NCBI GenBank assembly: GCA_014860575.1
Contig: JACZJK010000040.1
Location: forward strand, 34,082-98,081
Source of the DNA: Bacteroidales bacterium
GTDB lineage: Bacteria > Bacteroidota > Bacteroidia > Bacteroidales > JAAYJT01
Length of the DNA: 64,000 nt
Direction: 5' to 3'
In this document: piece by piece, positions 56,349 through 64,000 of the stretch
Layout of the letters: every line of letters starts with the position of its first letter
Numbering within the stretch: position 1 is the first letter of the stretch
Made by a program: the position numbers and the translations under genes
The notes under the pieces: generated by a model
Seen by the model: the letters and a program-made list of their open reading frames with translations, nothing else
What the model was told of the DNA's origin: nothing
Databases searched by the model: none

Positions 56349-56477
56349 TTATCGTGTTAAAGAAGGGTGCGCTTCGAACCCGTCCTCGATACTGAAATTT
56401 GTTTCGTGGGATTTTACAACACCTGAAAACACAAGTCCGGTAACTAAAATTAAAAAGCCTATCGTCGCACTTCTCAT
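56349..56477 (-). CDS. possible 42-aa signal/TM micro-protein (not in ORF track)
   Basis: Hand translation gives MRSATIGFLILVTGLVFSGVVKSHETNFSIEDGFEAHPSLTR. It ends 39 nt upstream of the 74-aa gene on the same strand. Confidence 0.25.
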   Translation of the reverse strand: MRSATIGFLILVTGLVFSGVVKSHETNFSIEDGFEAHPSLTR

Positions 56478-56755
56478 AACAATTGATTTTGTGTTTAACA
56501 ATAGTGCAATGGTAACGTAGTTAAATACTATGCCAGATTGTTATAGCTGTAAAATACTATAGAACCCATGATCCTCAAATACAAACGTATAAAGGCGGTT
56601 CGTGAAGAATTAACGATGATGTGGTATTGATCTAAACGTGGGAAATATTCTACAATCCTGCCACAATTTGAGGGGCCTGGTTCGGAATATCTCCTTAATT
56701 ACACTGTTGTGAGGCCACTTCCTCCTATCTTTACAATCAATTTAAAACTTAAAAT

Positions 56756-57694
56756 ATGAAAGCTTTAGTTATCAATCGCTTTGGCGAACCAGAAGAATTA
56801 CAGATTCAGGAACTCGGAATACCCATGCTCAAAGCGGGAGAAGTACTTGTGCGTGTGCATGCTGCCGGGATCAACCCAGTGGATTACAAAATACGAAATG
56901 GCTCAATGAAACTAATCACCGGTAAGAAGTTTCCACGTATCCTGGGTGGCGATGTTGCCGGGGTGGTGGAGCAGGCCGGGGAGAGGTCGGCATTCCGCCC
57001 GGGTGACAAGGTTTTTGCCATGCTCTCAATAACTGGCGGGGCTTATGCTGAATTTGTTTGTGTGAAAGAAAACCAGTTATGCCATATTCCTGAAGGTTTC
57101 AGTATGGTTGAAGCAGCCGCCGTGCCACTGGCTTCACTTACCGCGTTGCAGGCATTCTGGAAAGGCGATGGGATCAAACCCGGCGACAGCGTGCTTGTAA
57201 ACGGGGCTTCAGGTGGTGTGGGCTCTTTCGCCGTTCAGATCGCTAAAGCGTTGGATGCCCGTGTAACCGCTGTTTGCAGCACAAAGAATGTTGATTTTGT
57301 GAAGAGCCTTGGCGCAGATAAAGTGATTGATTATGAAAAAGAAGACTTCAAAAAGCTGGATGAAAAGTTCAGTGCCGTATTTGATGCCGTTGCAAAGAGT
57401 TCGTTCAGAAAATGCAAAAAGTTGTTGACCGATGATGGCAAGTATGTTTCTACGCTTCCCAATAATGGGCTTTTCCTGAGTCAGGCGTTTAATTTTACAG
57501 ATAAAAAGAAAGCCTATTTCATTGGAACCAAATCATCAGGCCATGACCTTGCGATTATTGCCGGTTTTATGAAAAAGCATTTGTTAAAACCATATATTCA
57601 ACAAAGCTTTCCGCTTGCCGATGGCGCCGAAGCCCACCACCTGATCGAAACCGGAAGGGTGAGGGGCAAGCTGGTGTTGAAGGTGATTGAATAA
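56756..57694 (+). CDS. NADPH:quinone oxidoreductase-like medium-chain dehydrogenase/reductase
   Basis: 312 aa. GEVLVRVHAAGINPVD, cofactor loop GASGGVGSFAVQIAK, and C-terminal RGKLVL. Confidence 0.85.
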   Translation: MKALVINRFGEPEELQIQELGIPMLKAGEVLVRVHAAGINPVDYKIRNGSMKLITGKKFPRILGGDVAGVVEQAGERSAFRPGDKVFAMLSITGGAYAEFVCVKENQLCHIPEGFSMVEAAAVPLASLTALQAFWKGDGIKPGDSVLVNGASGGVGSFAVQIAKALDARVTAVCSTKNVDFVKSLGADKVIDYEKEDFKKLDEKFSAVFDAVAKSSFRKCKKLLTDDGKYVSTLPNNGLFLSQAFNFTDKKKAYFIGTKSSGHDLAIIAGFMKKHLLKPYIQQSFPLADGAEAHHLIETGRVRGKLVLKVIE

Positions 57695-57922
57695 TTGGGA
57701 TGGATGGATTGCCATCAATTGTAGCAGACCAGAATATTTGAGTTCCATTCAAGCATCATTGATAATCGCGTCAGATTTGCCAGCGAATTTTCAGCAGAAG
57801 TTATTTGTACATTCATAGTTGGCTTTGGAGATTGTAAGACAGACGGACATGAAGCAACAAAAAGGTTAAAGAATTCTGATAAGAAAATTGGAATCATTGA
57901 TTAACCAAATAATCTGATTGAA

Positions 57923-59239
57923 ATGAAAGTAAAATTATTCCTGATCGCATTTGTGATGTTCACTTTGAATTCCATTTGCCAATCGTTTGAATTGACGTTT
58001 ACGGCAGATTTCAATAATTCTTACGTCCAGCTCGATAGTGTTAAAGTCCACAATCTGACTCAGCAAACAGAATCAATTCACATCTGGCCAGATACTGTTT
58101 ATTACATTGAAGTCTTTTCAGGGGATGAGTTCTTATTGATTGGCTATTCAGATGATTTTAATGTTGGCCTCCAGGAATATGAAATTGATTCTGACAGGTT
58201 TACATTGTTCCAAAATTTTCCGAACCCTATGGTTAATTCTACAATAATCACATTGTATATTCCAGGAAAAGGTGACGTTTGTCTGGACATTTATGATATG
58301 CTCGGAAGAAAATTAAATTCTTACAACCGGACTTTAGACAAGGGAACGCATAGATTTAAATTATCATCCATTTCCGAAAAAATGTTTTTTGTTTCTGCAC
58401 AATGGGAAAACACAGTACAGAGTATTAAAATCCTGTCACTTAGCCCGCAATCTGGAGCAAACTCCCTGTTAGAATTTGTCAGCAGTAGCGGGAACGTTCC
58501 TGTATTCAAAACAAAGCCACTGAACCAAGGTATCTCAATAGAGTCCGGAATTTGGGATATTCCTTCACAGAGTAAAACCTATACCTTTCAGTTTGCAAAG
58601 AATATACCTTGTATAGAGCACCCGACGGTTTCCTATGAAGGTAAAGTCTACAATACTGTTCAGATATTAAGCCAATGCTGGTTGTCAGAAAATCTAAATG
58701 TTGGTTCAATGATAAACGGAGATCTGGAACAGACTAACAATGGTGTAGTAGAAAAATATTGTTTAAACAACGTGGAAGACAGTTGTAGCATATATGGCGG
58801 TCTTTATCAATGGAATGAAATGATGAACTATAATCAAGCCGGTGACACCAATACTATATGCCCACCGGGTTGGCATGTTCCAACCGACATTGAGTGGCAA
58901 ATTCTTGAAGGGGTTGCAGATAGCCAGTATGGAATTGTAGATTCCATTTGGACATCTAATTGGTTGTACAGAGGATTCGATCAGGCTTTGAACCTGAAAT
59001 CTACAACGGGATGGTATAGCTATGGTAACGGATTGGATATATAAGGATTCTCTGCCAAACCGTCGGGGTCACCATATCCACAAAATTATATGTATTATGC
59101 TTCGTTTTGGAGTTCTTCAAAAAAGTGGAATTACTATTTATATTGGTTTCGCAGGTTCGCTTATTTCGAGAATGGTTTGCACAGAGGTTCTACCTCCGGG
59201 CAAAATGGATTTTCGGTTCGATGTATAAAAAATCAATAA
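57923..59239 (+). pseudogene. FISUMP (Fibrobacter succinogenes major paralogous) domain protein interrupted by one in-frame TAA at 59042-59044
   Basis: The ORF stops at ...GWYSYGNGLDI*. The same frame continues GFSAKPSGSPYPQNYMYYASFWSSS...NGFSVRCIKNQ* (to 59239), which completes the FISUMP domain begun at KVYNTVQILSQCWLSENLN...CPPGWHVPTDIEW. Confidence 0.75.
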
Positions 59240-59397
59240 GTAAATTTTCTAACCCAACTGAACCAGCCTTACATTTTGTGGTTATTAAACATGTATTTTG
59301 TTCGATCTGTATGATCCTGCGAATATGTGTTTATAACCAGGACGCCTTGCTCAGCATTGTCTGAGCGCCTTGGTTTCACCACAAAACCCAAACCCGG

Positions 59398-60969
59398 ATG
59401 ACTGAAAAAAAGGAGAAGAAAGATTTCGTTAAACGTATGCTCGATACACTGGAGGTTGTCGGGAATAAACTGCCTCAACCTGTTACACTTTTTGCCATAC
59501 TGATGGGCGTCACGCTGCTGCTGTCATGGATATTCGGTGGCATCTCCGTAGATCATCCCGGCAAGGCTGCTGGTCTGCTTGATCGTGATGGAAATCCGGT
59601 TGGCGCTATCGAAGTAATAAACCTTTTATCGCGCGACGGTTTCCAGCTAATTATGACTAGAATGGTAAGCACCTTTGCCAACTTCCCGCCACTGGGACTG
59701 GTGCTGGTAGTGATGCTTGGCATTGGCGTAGCCGAATACACCGGCATGATTTCGGTGGCTTTGCGGCTTTTTGTTTCAAAGGTTCCTCGTTCGGTCATCA
59801 CTTTTTCCATTGTTGTAGCCGGCATGCTTAGCTCTGTGGCTGCGGATGCAGGTTATGTGGTGCTGATACCCCTGGGTGGGGCCATCTTTCTGGGTTTGGG
59901 AAGGCACCCGCTGGCAGGCATTGCAGCGGCATTTGCCGGTGTTTCGGGCGGCTTTGGCGCCAATTTTATTCCCACCGGCCTCGATCCTATGATTGCGGCT
60001 TTTACTGAACCTGCCGCCCAGATCATTGATCCGGATTATACTGTGAACCCACTTTCAAACTATTACCTGATGGCTGCCTCTGTGCCACTGATAGGCCTTG
60101 CAGGAACCTGGATCACAGAAAAGATCCTTGTGCCACGACTTGGCGAGTACAAGCCACCCAAAGATGTTGTTATCGAAGAACAGCCTCCGATTACAAGCCG
60201 TGAGCGCAAAGCCCTGACATGGGCCATTTTTACAAACTTCCTACTTTTTGGTGTTGTATTGCTAACTATCATTCCGGCTGATGGACTGCTGCGCGGCGAT
60301 ATCAACCCCGAAACAGGTTCCCGCAGCATGCGCCCCTTTTACGACTCGCTGGTACCCATTATGTTTTTCCTCTTTCTTTTCACCGGAATGGTTTACGGGA
60401 TCGTGGCAAAAACCATCAAAAGCGATAAGGATGTTACAGATATGACCGCCAAAAGCATGTCAACCATGGGCATGTACATTGTGATTGCGTTCGTGGCTTC
60501 GCAGTTTGTGGCATATTTTAACTGGTCGAACCTTGGGAGTGTATTGGCTGTAGAAGGCTCGGGTGCGCTAAACGCCATTGGTTTTACGGGCGGGCCATTG
60601 CTGGTAGCATTCATCATAGTGGCATCAATGGTAAACCTGATCATGGGCAGCGCTTCGGCCAAATGGGCCTTGCTGGCGCCGATTTTTGTTCCCATGCTGA
60701 TGCTTACAGGATATTCCGCTGAAACCGTGCAGGCAGCCTACCGTATCGGCGATTCTTACTCAAATATCCTTACGCCGCTGATGCCGTTTTTCCCGTTAGT
60801 CATTGTGTTCGCACAAAAATATGTGAAGGATGTGGGCATAGGCACGCTCATTTCAATGATGCTGCCCTTTGCGATTGCTTTTGCTTTGATCCGCATTCCA
60901 ATGTTGTTGTTATGGATTTGGGCGGGATTGCCATTGGGTATAGAAGGGCCAATATACTATACCCCATAA
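59398..60969 (+). CDS. AbgT-family (p-aminobenzoyl-glutamate/antimetabolite) transporter
   Basis: 523 aa, polytopic. The N-terminal LD.LE..GNKLP.P and overall AbgT layout are present. Confidence 0.8.
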   Translation: MTEKKEKKDFVKRMLDTLEVVGNKLPQPVTLFAILMGVTLLLSWIFGGISVDHPGKAAGLLDRDGNPVGAIEVINLLSRDGFQLIMTRMVSTFANFPPLGLVLVVMLGIGVAEYTGMISVALRLFVSKVPRSVITFSIVVAGMLSSVAADAGYVVLIPLGGAIFLGLGRHPLAGIAAAFAGVSGGFGANFIPTGLDPMIAAFTEPAAQIIDPDYTVNPLSNYYLMAASVPLIGLAGTWITEKILVPRLGEYKPPKDVVIEEQPPITSRERKALTWAIFTNFLLFGVVLLTIIPADGLLRGDINPETGSRSMRPFYDSLVPIMFFLFLFTGMVYGIVAKTIKSDKDVTDMTAKSMSTMGMYIVIAFVASQFVAYFNWSNLGSVLAVEGSGALNAIGFTGGPLLVAFIIVASMVNLIMGSASAKWALLAPIFVPMLMLTGYSAETVQAAYRIGDSYSNILTPLMPFFPLVIVFAQKYVKDVGIGTLISMMLPFAIAFALIRIPMLLLWIWAGLPLGIEGPIYYTP

Positions 60970-61012
60970 GATTCTGAACAATTGCTTTGATCAAACAATT
61001 TAATTTTGTTTC

Positions 61013-61468
61013 ATGAAGATAACTACAAACACCGTTGACGAATACATCAACCAGTTGCCTGAAGACAGGCGGCAGGTATTGAGCAAATTGAGGCAGGTTA
61101 TTCTTGAGAACCTCCCTGATGGCTTTGTTGAAGAAATAAATTATCGCATGCCAAGCTATGTTGTTCCGCATTCCATTTATCCTGCAGGTTATCATTGCGA
61201 TCCTAAAGTTCCACTGCCTTTTATAAGCTTTGCTTCCCAAAAGAACCACATCTCATTTTACCACATGGGTGTTTACACTGACCCAAACCTGCTGGAATGG
61301 TTCGCACAGGTATTTCCAAAACACAGCAACAGCAAACTAGATATGGGCAAAAGCTGCATCCGGTTTAAAAAACCGGAGCATATTCCCTTTGGGTTGATTG
61401 CTGAACTTCTTGGTAAGGTAACGCCAAAAATGTGGATCAAAACTTACGAAAGCCAGCTAAAGAAATAA
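61013..61468 (+). CDS. DUF1801 (YdhG-like) domain protein
   Basis: 151 aa. VDEYI..LPEDRRQVL..LR..I...LP...E.I.Y.MP.Y pattern. Confidence 0.65.
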   Translation: MKITTNTVDEYINQLPEDRRQVLSKLRQVILENLPDGFVEEINYRMPSYVVPHSIYPAGYHCDPKVPLPFISFASQKNHISFYHMGVYTDPNLLEWFAQVFPKHSNSKLDMGKSCIRFKKPEHIPFGLIAELLGKVTPKMWIKTYESQLKK

Positions 61469-61503
61469 TTTTATTTTTGCTATTCACAAAAACTAGAAAT
61501 CTT

Positions 61504-61932
61504 ATGAAAACATTAAATACATACCTTACTTTTAATGGGAATTGCGAAGAGGCTTTTAATTTCTACAAATCAGTGTTTGGCGGTGAGTTTTCCTATCTGG
61601 GAAGGTTTGGCGAAATGCCGGACGCGGAAAATGTTCCTGAAAGTGCGAAAGACAAGATCATGCATGTGTCACTTCAGATCAGCAAGGAAACCCTGCTGAT
61701 GGGCAGCGATGCATCCGAGGAATATGGAACGGTAGTTACTTTCGGTGACAATATCTCACTCTACCTTGGCGCTGATACCCATGAGGAAGTGAAAAGCATC
61801 TTCGAAAGGTTGTCATCGGGTGGAACCGTTACGATGCCACTTGAGAAAACCTTCTGGAGCCCCTTGTTTGGCATGCTAACTGATAAATTCGGCATCAATT
61901 GGATGCTGAGCGTGGAAGAAGAAATGCCCTGA
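61504..61932 (+). CDS. VOC/glyoxalase-fold protein (PhnB-like)
   Basis: ORF 61432-61932, trimmed to MKTLNTYLTFNGNCEEAFNFYKSVFGG. C-terminal FWSPLFGMLTDKFGINWML. Confidence 0.75.
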   Translation: MKTLNTYLTFNGNCEEAFNFYKSVFGGEFSYLGRFGEMPDAENVPESAKDKIMHVSLQISKETLLMGSDASEEYGTVVTFGDNISLYLGADTHEEVKSIFERLSSGGTVTMPLEKTFWSPLFGMLTDKFGINWMLSVEEEMP

Positions 61933-61946
61933 AAAACTGTAGTCTT

Positions 61947-62405
61947 ATGAAAAAAATACTGCTTGTATTCATGCTGATTGCAGGAATTGCCTATGCAAAT
62001 GCCCAGCAACCAAAAGCAGAATATGACCCGGAGCTGGCCAAGGAACTTGGAGCCGATGATTACGGCATGAAAACCTATATGCTTGTAATTCTGAAAACCG
62101 GTTCACAGGTAATTGAAGATAAGACGGTACGCGACAGCCTGTTTGCAGGGCATATGAAAAATATCTACCGCCTGGCAGATGAAGGTAAACTTATCGTGGC
62201 CGGGCCACTTTTTGCTAATGAGAACAATTACCGTGGAATTTTTATCCTTGATACCGATTCAATTGAATTGGCAAACGAATGGGTGCAAAGCGATCCGGTG
62301 ATCCGTGAAAAAGTGTTGGATGCAGATATTTATAAATGGTATGGCGCTGCTGCTTTGCCATCTTATCTTGAGGTTCAGGAAAAGGTAACGAAAACAAGTT
62401 TTTAA
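61947..62405 (+). CDS. YciI-like secreted protein
   Basis: ORF 61899-62405, trimmed to the signal peptide MKKILLVFMLIAGIAYANA. EGKLIVAGPL...GIFIL......A.EW...DP is YciI-like. Confidence 0.6.
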   Translation: MKKILLVFMLIAGIAYANAQQPKAEYDPELAKELGADDYGMKTYMLVILKTGSQVIEDKTVRDSLFAGHMKNIYRLADEGKLIVAGPLFANENNYRGIFILDTDSIELANEWVQSDPVIREKVLDADIYKWYGAAALPSYLEVQEKVTKTSF

Positions 62406-62488
62406 TTTCGAATTCCAATTCCGGGAAGCTTTTCCGGTCGAAAATACTATTCCACATCTTTTTCGTTTATAGTTGCAAATTTGTAAAC

Positions 62489-63256
62489 ATGGCACTCAAA
62501 GAAGAATTTGAAAAATCCGGAATCTGGCTTTTCAGGCACAGAAGTCATTTGCCACTCCTGGTCTTAGGGGTTGGCGCTGTTATGGTAATCCGGACAGAGG
62601 TGTACCCCGAAACCTTTATTCTGGAAGAAACGCCGTATGAAATTTACTTTGAGATGTTTTGCCTAATGGTCTCTATCTTTGGCCTGGCAATCAGAATTTT
62701 CACGGTAGGTTATACACCACCGAATACTTCGGGCAGAAATGTGAAAGGACAAGTTGCCGAAAGCCTCAATACAACCGGTATTTATTCAGCGGTGCGACAC
62801 CCATTGTATCTGGGTAATTTCTTCATGTGGCTGGGTATTGCCCTCCTTACAGGAAGTTTATGGTTTGTTATCGCATTCATCCTTTTTTATTCGATTTATT
62901 ATGAAAGGATCATGTTTGCCGAAGAGCAATTTCTTTCAAAAAAGTTTGGTATTGCTTATGATACATGGGCAAGCCGTACACCCGCCATTATCCCATCTTT
63001 CAGGAAGTTCGAACCCGCAGGCGCTAAGTTTAACTGGAAAAAAGTCCTGAAGAAAGAAAAGAACGGCTTACTGGCCGTATTTCTCATTTTTGCAATGTTT
63101 GATGTTATCGGCGAATTGATTGAACACCGTGAAGATTTTAATTATTTTTTAATGCTCATGATGTTGTTTAGCACCCTTCTATATTTCATTGTCAAATTAC
63201 TCAGAAAACACACTTCCTTGCTCCAGGAAGAAATGTTATCCCAAAATCAAGCATGA
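62489..63256 (+). CDS. isoprenylcysteine carboxyl methyltransferase (ICMT/PEMT)-family membrane protein
   Basis: 255 aa, polytopic. L.TTGIYSAVRHPLYLGNF..W.G motif. Confidence 0.7.
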   Translation: MALKEEFEKSGIWLFRHRSHLPLLVLGVGAVMVIRTEVYPETFILEETPYEIYFEMFCLMVSIFGLAIRIFTVGYTPPNTSGRNVKGQVAESLNTTGIYSAVRHPLYLGNFFMWLGIALLTGSLWFVIAFILFYSIYYERIMFAEEQFLSKKFGIAYDTWASRTPAIIPSFRKFEPAGAKFNWKKVLKKEKNGLLAVFLIFAMFDVIGELIEHREDFNYFLMLMMLFSTLLYFIVKLLRKHTSLLQEEMLSQNQA

Positions 63257-64000
63257 TAATACAGTTGCTTTTGTTGGTAGCCGGCCTTTTACTGCTGGTG
63301 AAAGGCGCCGGCTGGCTGGTTGACGGCGCGACAGCGCTGGCTAAAAAATACAACATCCCTGACCTGGCCATTGGTTTAACCATTGTAGCTTTTGGCACTT
63401 CCGCCCCTGAATTGGTTGTAAATGCATTTGCCGCATCCAACGGATTTGACGGTATCGTTTTCGGCAATGTAATTGGCAGCAACAATTTTAATCTTTTTGT
63501 GATCCTTGGCATTTCAGGACTGATCATGCCACTTGCGGTTCATTCCGGAACGGTTTGGAAAGAAATTCCTTTGTCGTTGCTTGCAGCGGTGCTGCTTTTC
63601 CTGCTTGCAGGCAATTTTAGTTTGGGGGCCGGCATACTTTCCCAGATTGACGGACTGATACTCTTATGCTTCTTTGCGGCCTTCCTGTATTATGTTTACA
63701 GGCAATTACGAACCGACCCTGCAAACATTGAAATCAAACATAAACATGTGGCCGGGCATATTATTTTCTTTCTGCTGGTAGGCGGCCTTGCCGGCCTGGT
63801 TGCCGGAGGAAAATTTGTTGTTGACAGCGCCGTGAAAATAGCAAGCGAGCTTGGCGTTGAACAGAAGATTATCGGCCTCACAATTGTAGCTGCCGGAACC
63901 TCCCTTCCCGAACTTGCTACATCCGTGGTAGCAGCCCTGAAGAAAAACGCTGACATTGCCGTTGGCAACATCATTGGTTCCAATATTTTCAATATTTTCC
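63253..64000 (+). CDS. Ca2+/Na+ antiporter (CaCA/YrbG family), N-terminal part (3' end outside window)
   Basis: Not in the ORF track because no stop lies within the window. Hand translation gives MIIQLLLLVAGLLLLVKGAGWLVDGA..., with the alpha-1 repeat GTSAPEL and the alpha-2 repeat GTSLPEL. The ATG overlaps the upstream stop (ATGA). Confidence 0.8.
   Translation, partial: MIIQLLLLVAGLLLLVKGAGWLVDGATALAKKYNIPDLAIGLTIVAFGTSAPELVVNAFAASNGFDGIVFGNVIGSNNFNLFVILGISGLIMPLAVHSGTVWKEIPLSLLAAVLLFLLAGNFSLGAGILSQIDGLILLCFFAAFLYYVYRQLRTDPANIEIKHKHVAGHIIFFLLVGGLAGLVAGGKFVVDSAVKIASELGVEQKIIGLTIVAAGTSLPELATSVVAALKKNADIAVGNIIGSNIFNIF

Noticed and set aside
56365-56390. A tRNA-like TTCGAACCC string (gcgcttcgaacccgtcc).
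   Set aside because: The flanking bases cannot form a T-arm or acceptor stem on either strand. The string lies inside the possible 42-aa ORF (...EDGFEAH...).
63201-63992. Minus-strand ORFs of 108 and 98 aa at the window end.
   Set aside because: The plus strand here encodes a CaCA antiporter with GTSAPEL and GTSLPEL alpha-repeats. The ORF track misses it only because it has no stop within the window. The minus-strand ORFs are shadows.
1-64000. Mobile genetic elements, prophage, integrases, toxin-antitoxin or restriction-modification genes.
   Set aside because: None of the ORF translations shows transposase (DDE), recombinase, capsid/terminase, or methylase/nuclease pairs. The only repeats are the non-coding palindromic elements and the periodic arrays.

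Overview
Chromosomal segment of a Bacteroidota-like bacterium. The assignment rests on six proteins with type-A T9SS C-terminal sorting domains, TAnnTTTG -7 boxes, and a CarboxypepD_reg TonB receptor paired with a DUF4249 protein. I call about 56 protein-coding genes. I saw no rRNA, tRNA, CRISPR, transposase, integrase or phage genes. Region 1-35 kb holds housekeeping genes (argS 3' end, mpg, gcvT, rho, gcvP, hppA, a nupC-family gene, thyA, and NRAMP plus ZnuABC-like metal uptake) interleaved with T9SS cargo genes. Region 35-38 kb holds an orphan hydF plus aspartase-like lyase pair. Region 38-56 kb is a dense stress/dormancy-type island. It contains an encapsulated-ferritin homologue with no shell gene, an eRF1-like (baeRF-type) protein, an MDHAR-like flavoprotein, OsmC, DUF2934, PRC-barrel, DJ-1/PfpI, dodecin, tandem USP, a LEA-like lipoprotein, CsbD and tiny membrane proteins. 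The island is built around a hybrid histidine kinase plus sigma-54 activator pair, and several island genes have sigma-54-type -24/-12 elements and a shared dyad upstream. Region 56-64 kb holds small enzymes and transporters, plus a FISUMP-domain gene broken by one in-frame TAA. Two non-coding features stand out. Five intergenic arrays show strict 7- or 8-nt periodicity; four begin within about 10 nt of the stop codon of the gene whose sense strand carries the C-rich units, and two are inverted homologues of each other. Four copies of a 90-130-bp nested palindromic element are also present, and two of them bracket gcvP. All calls come from reading the sequence and the ORF translations. No database search was run.
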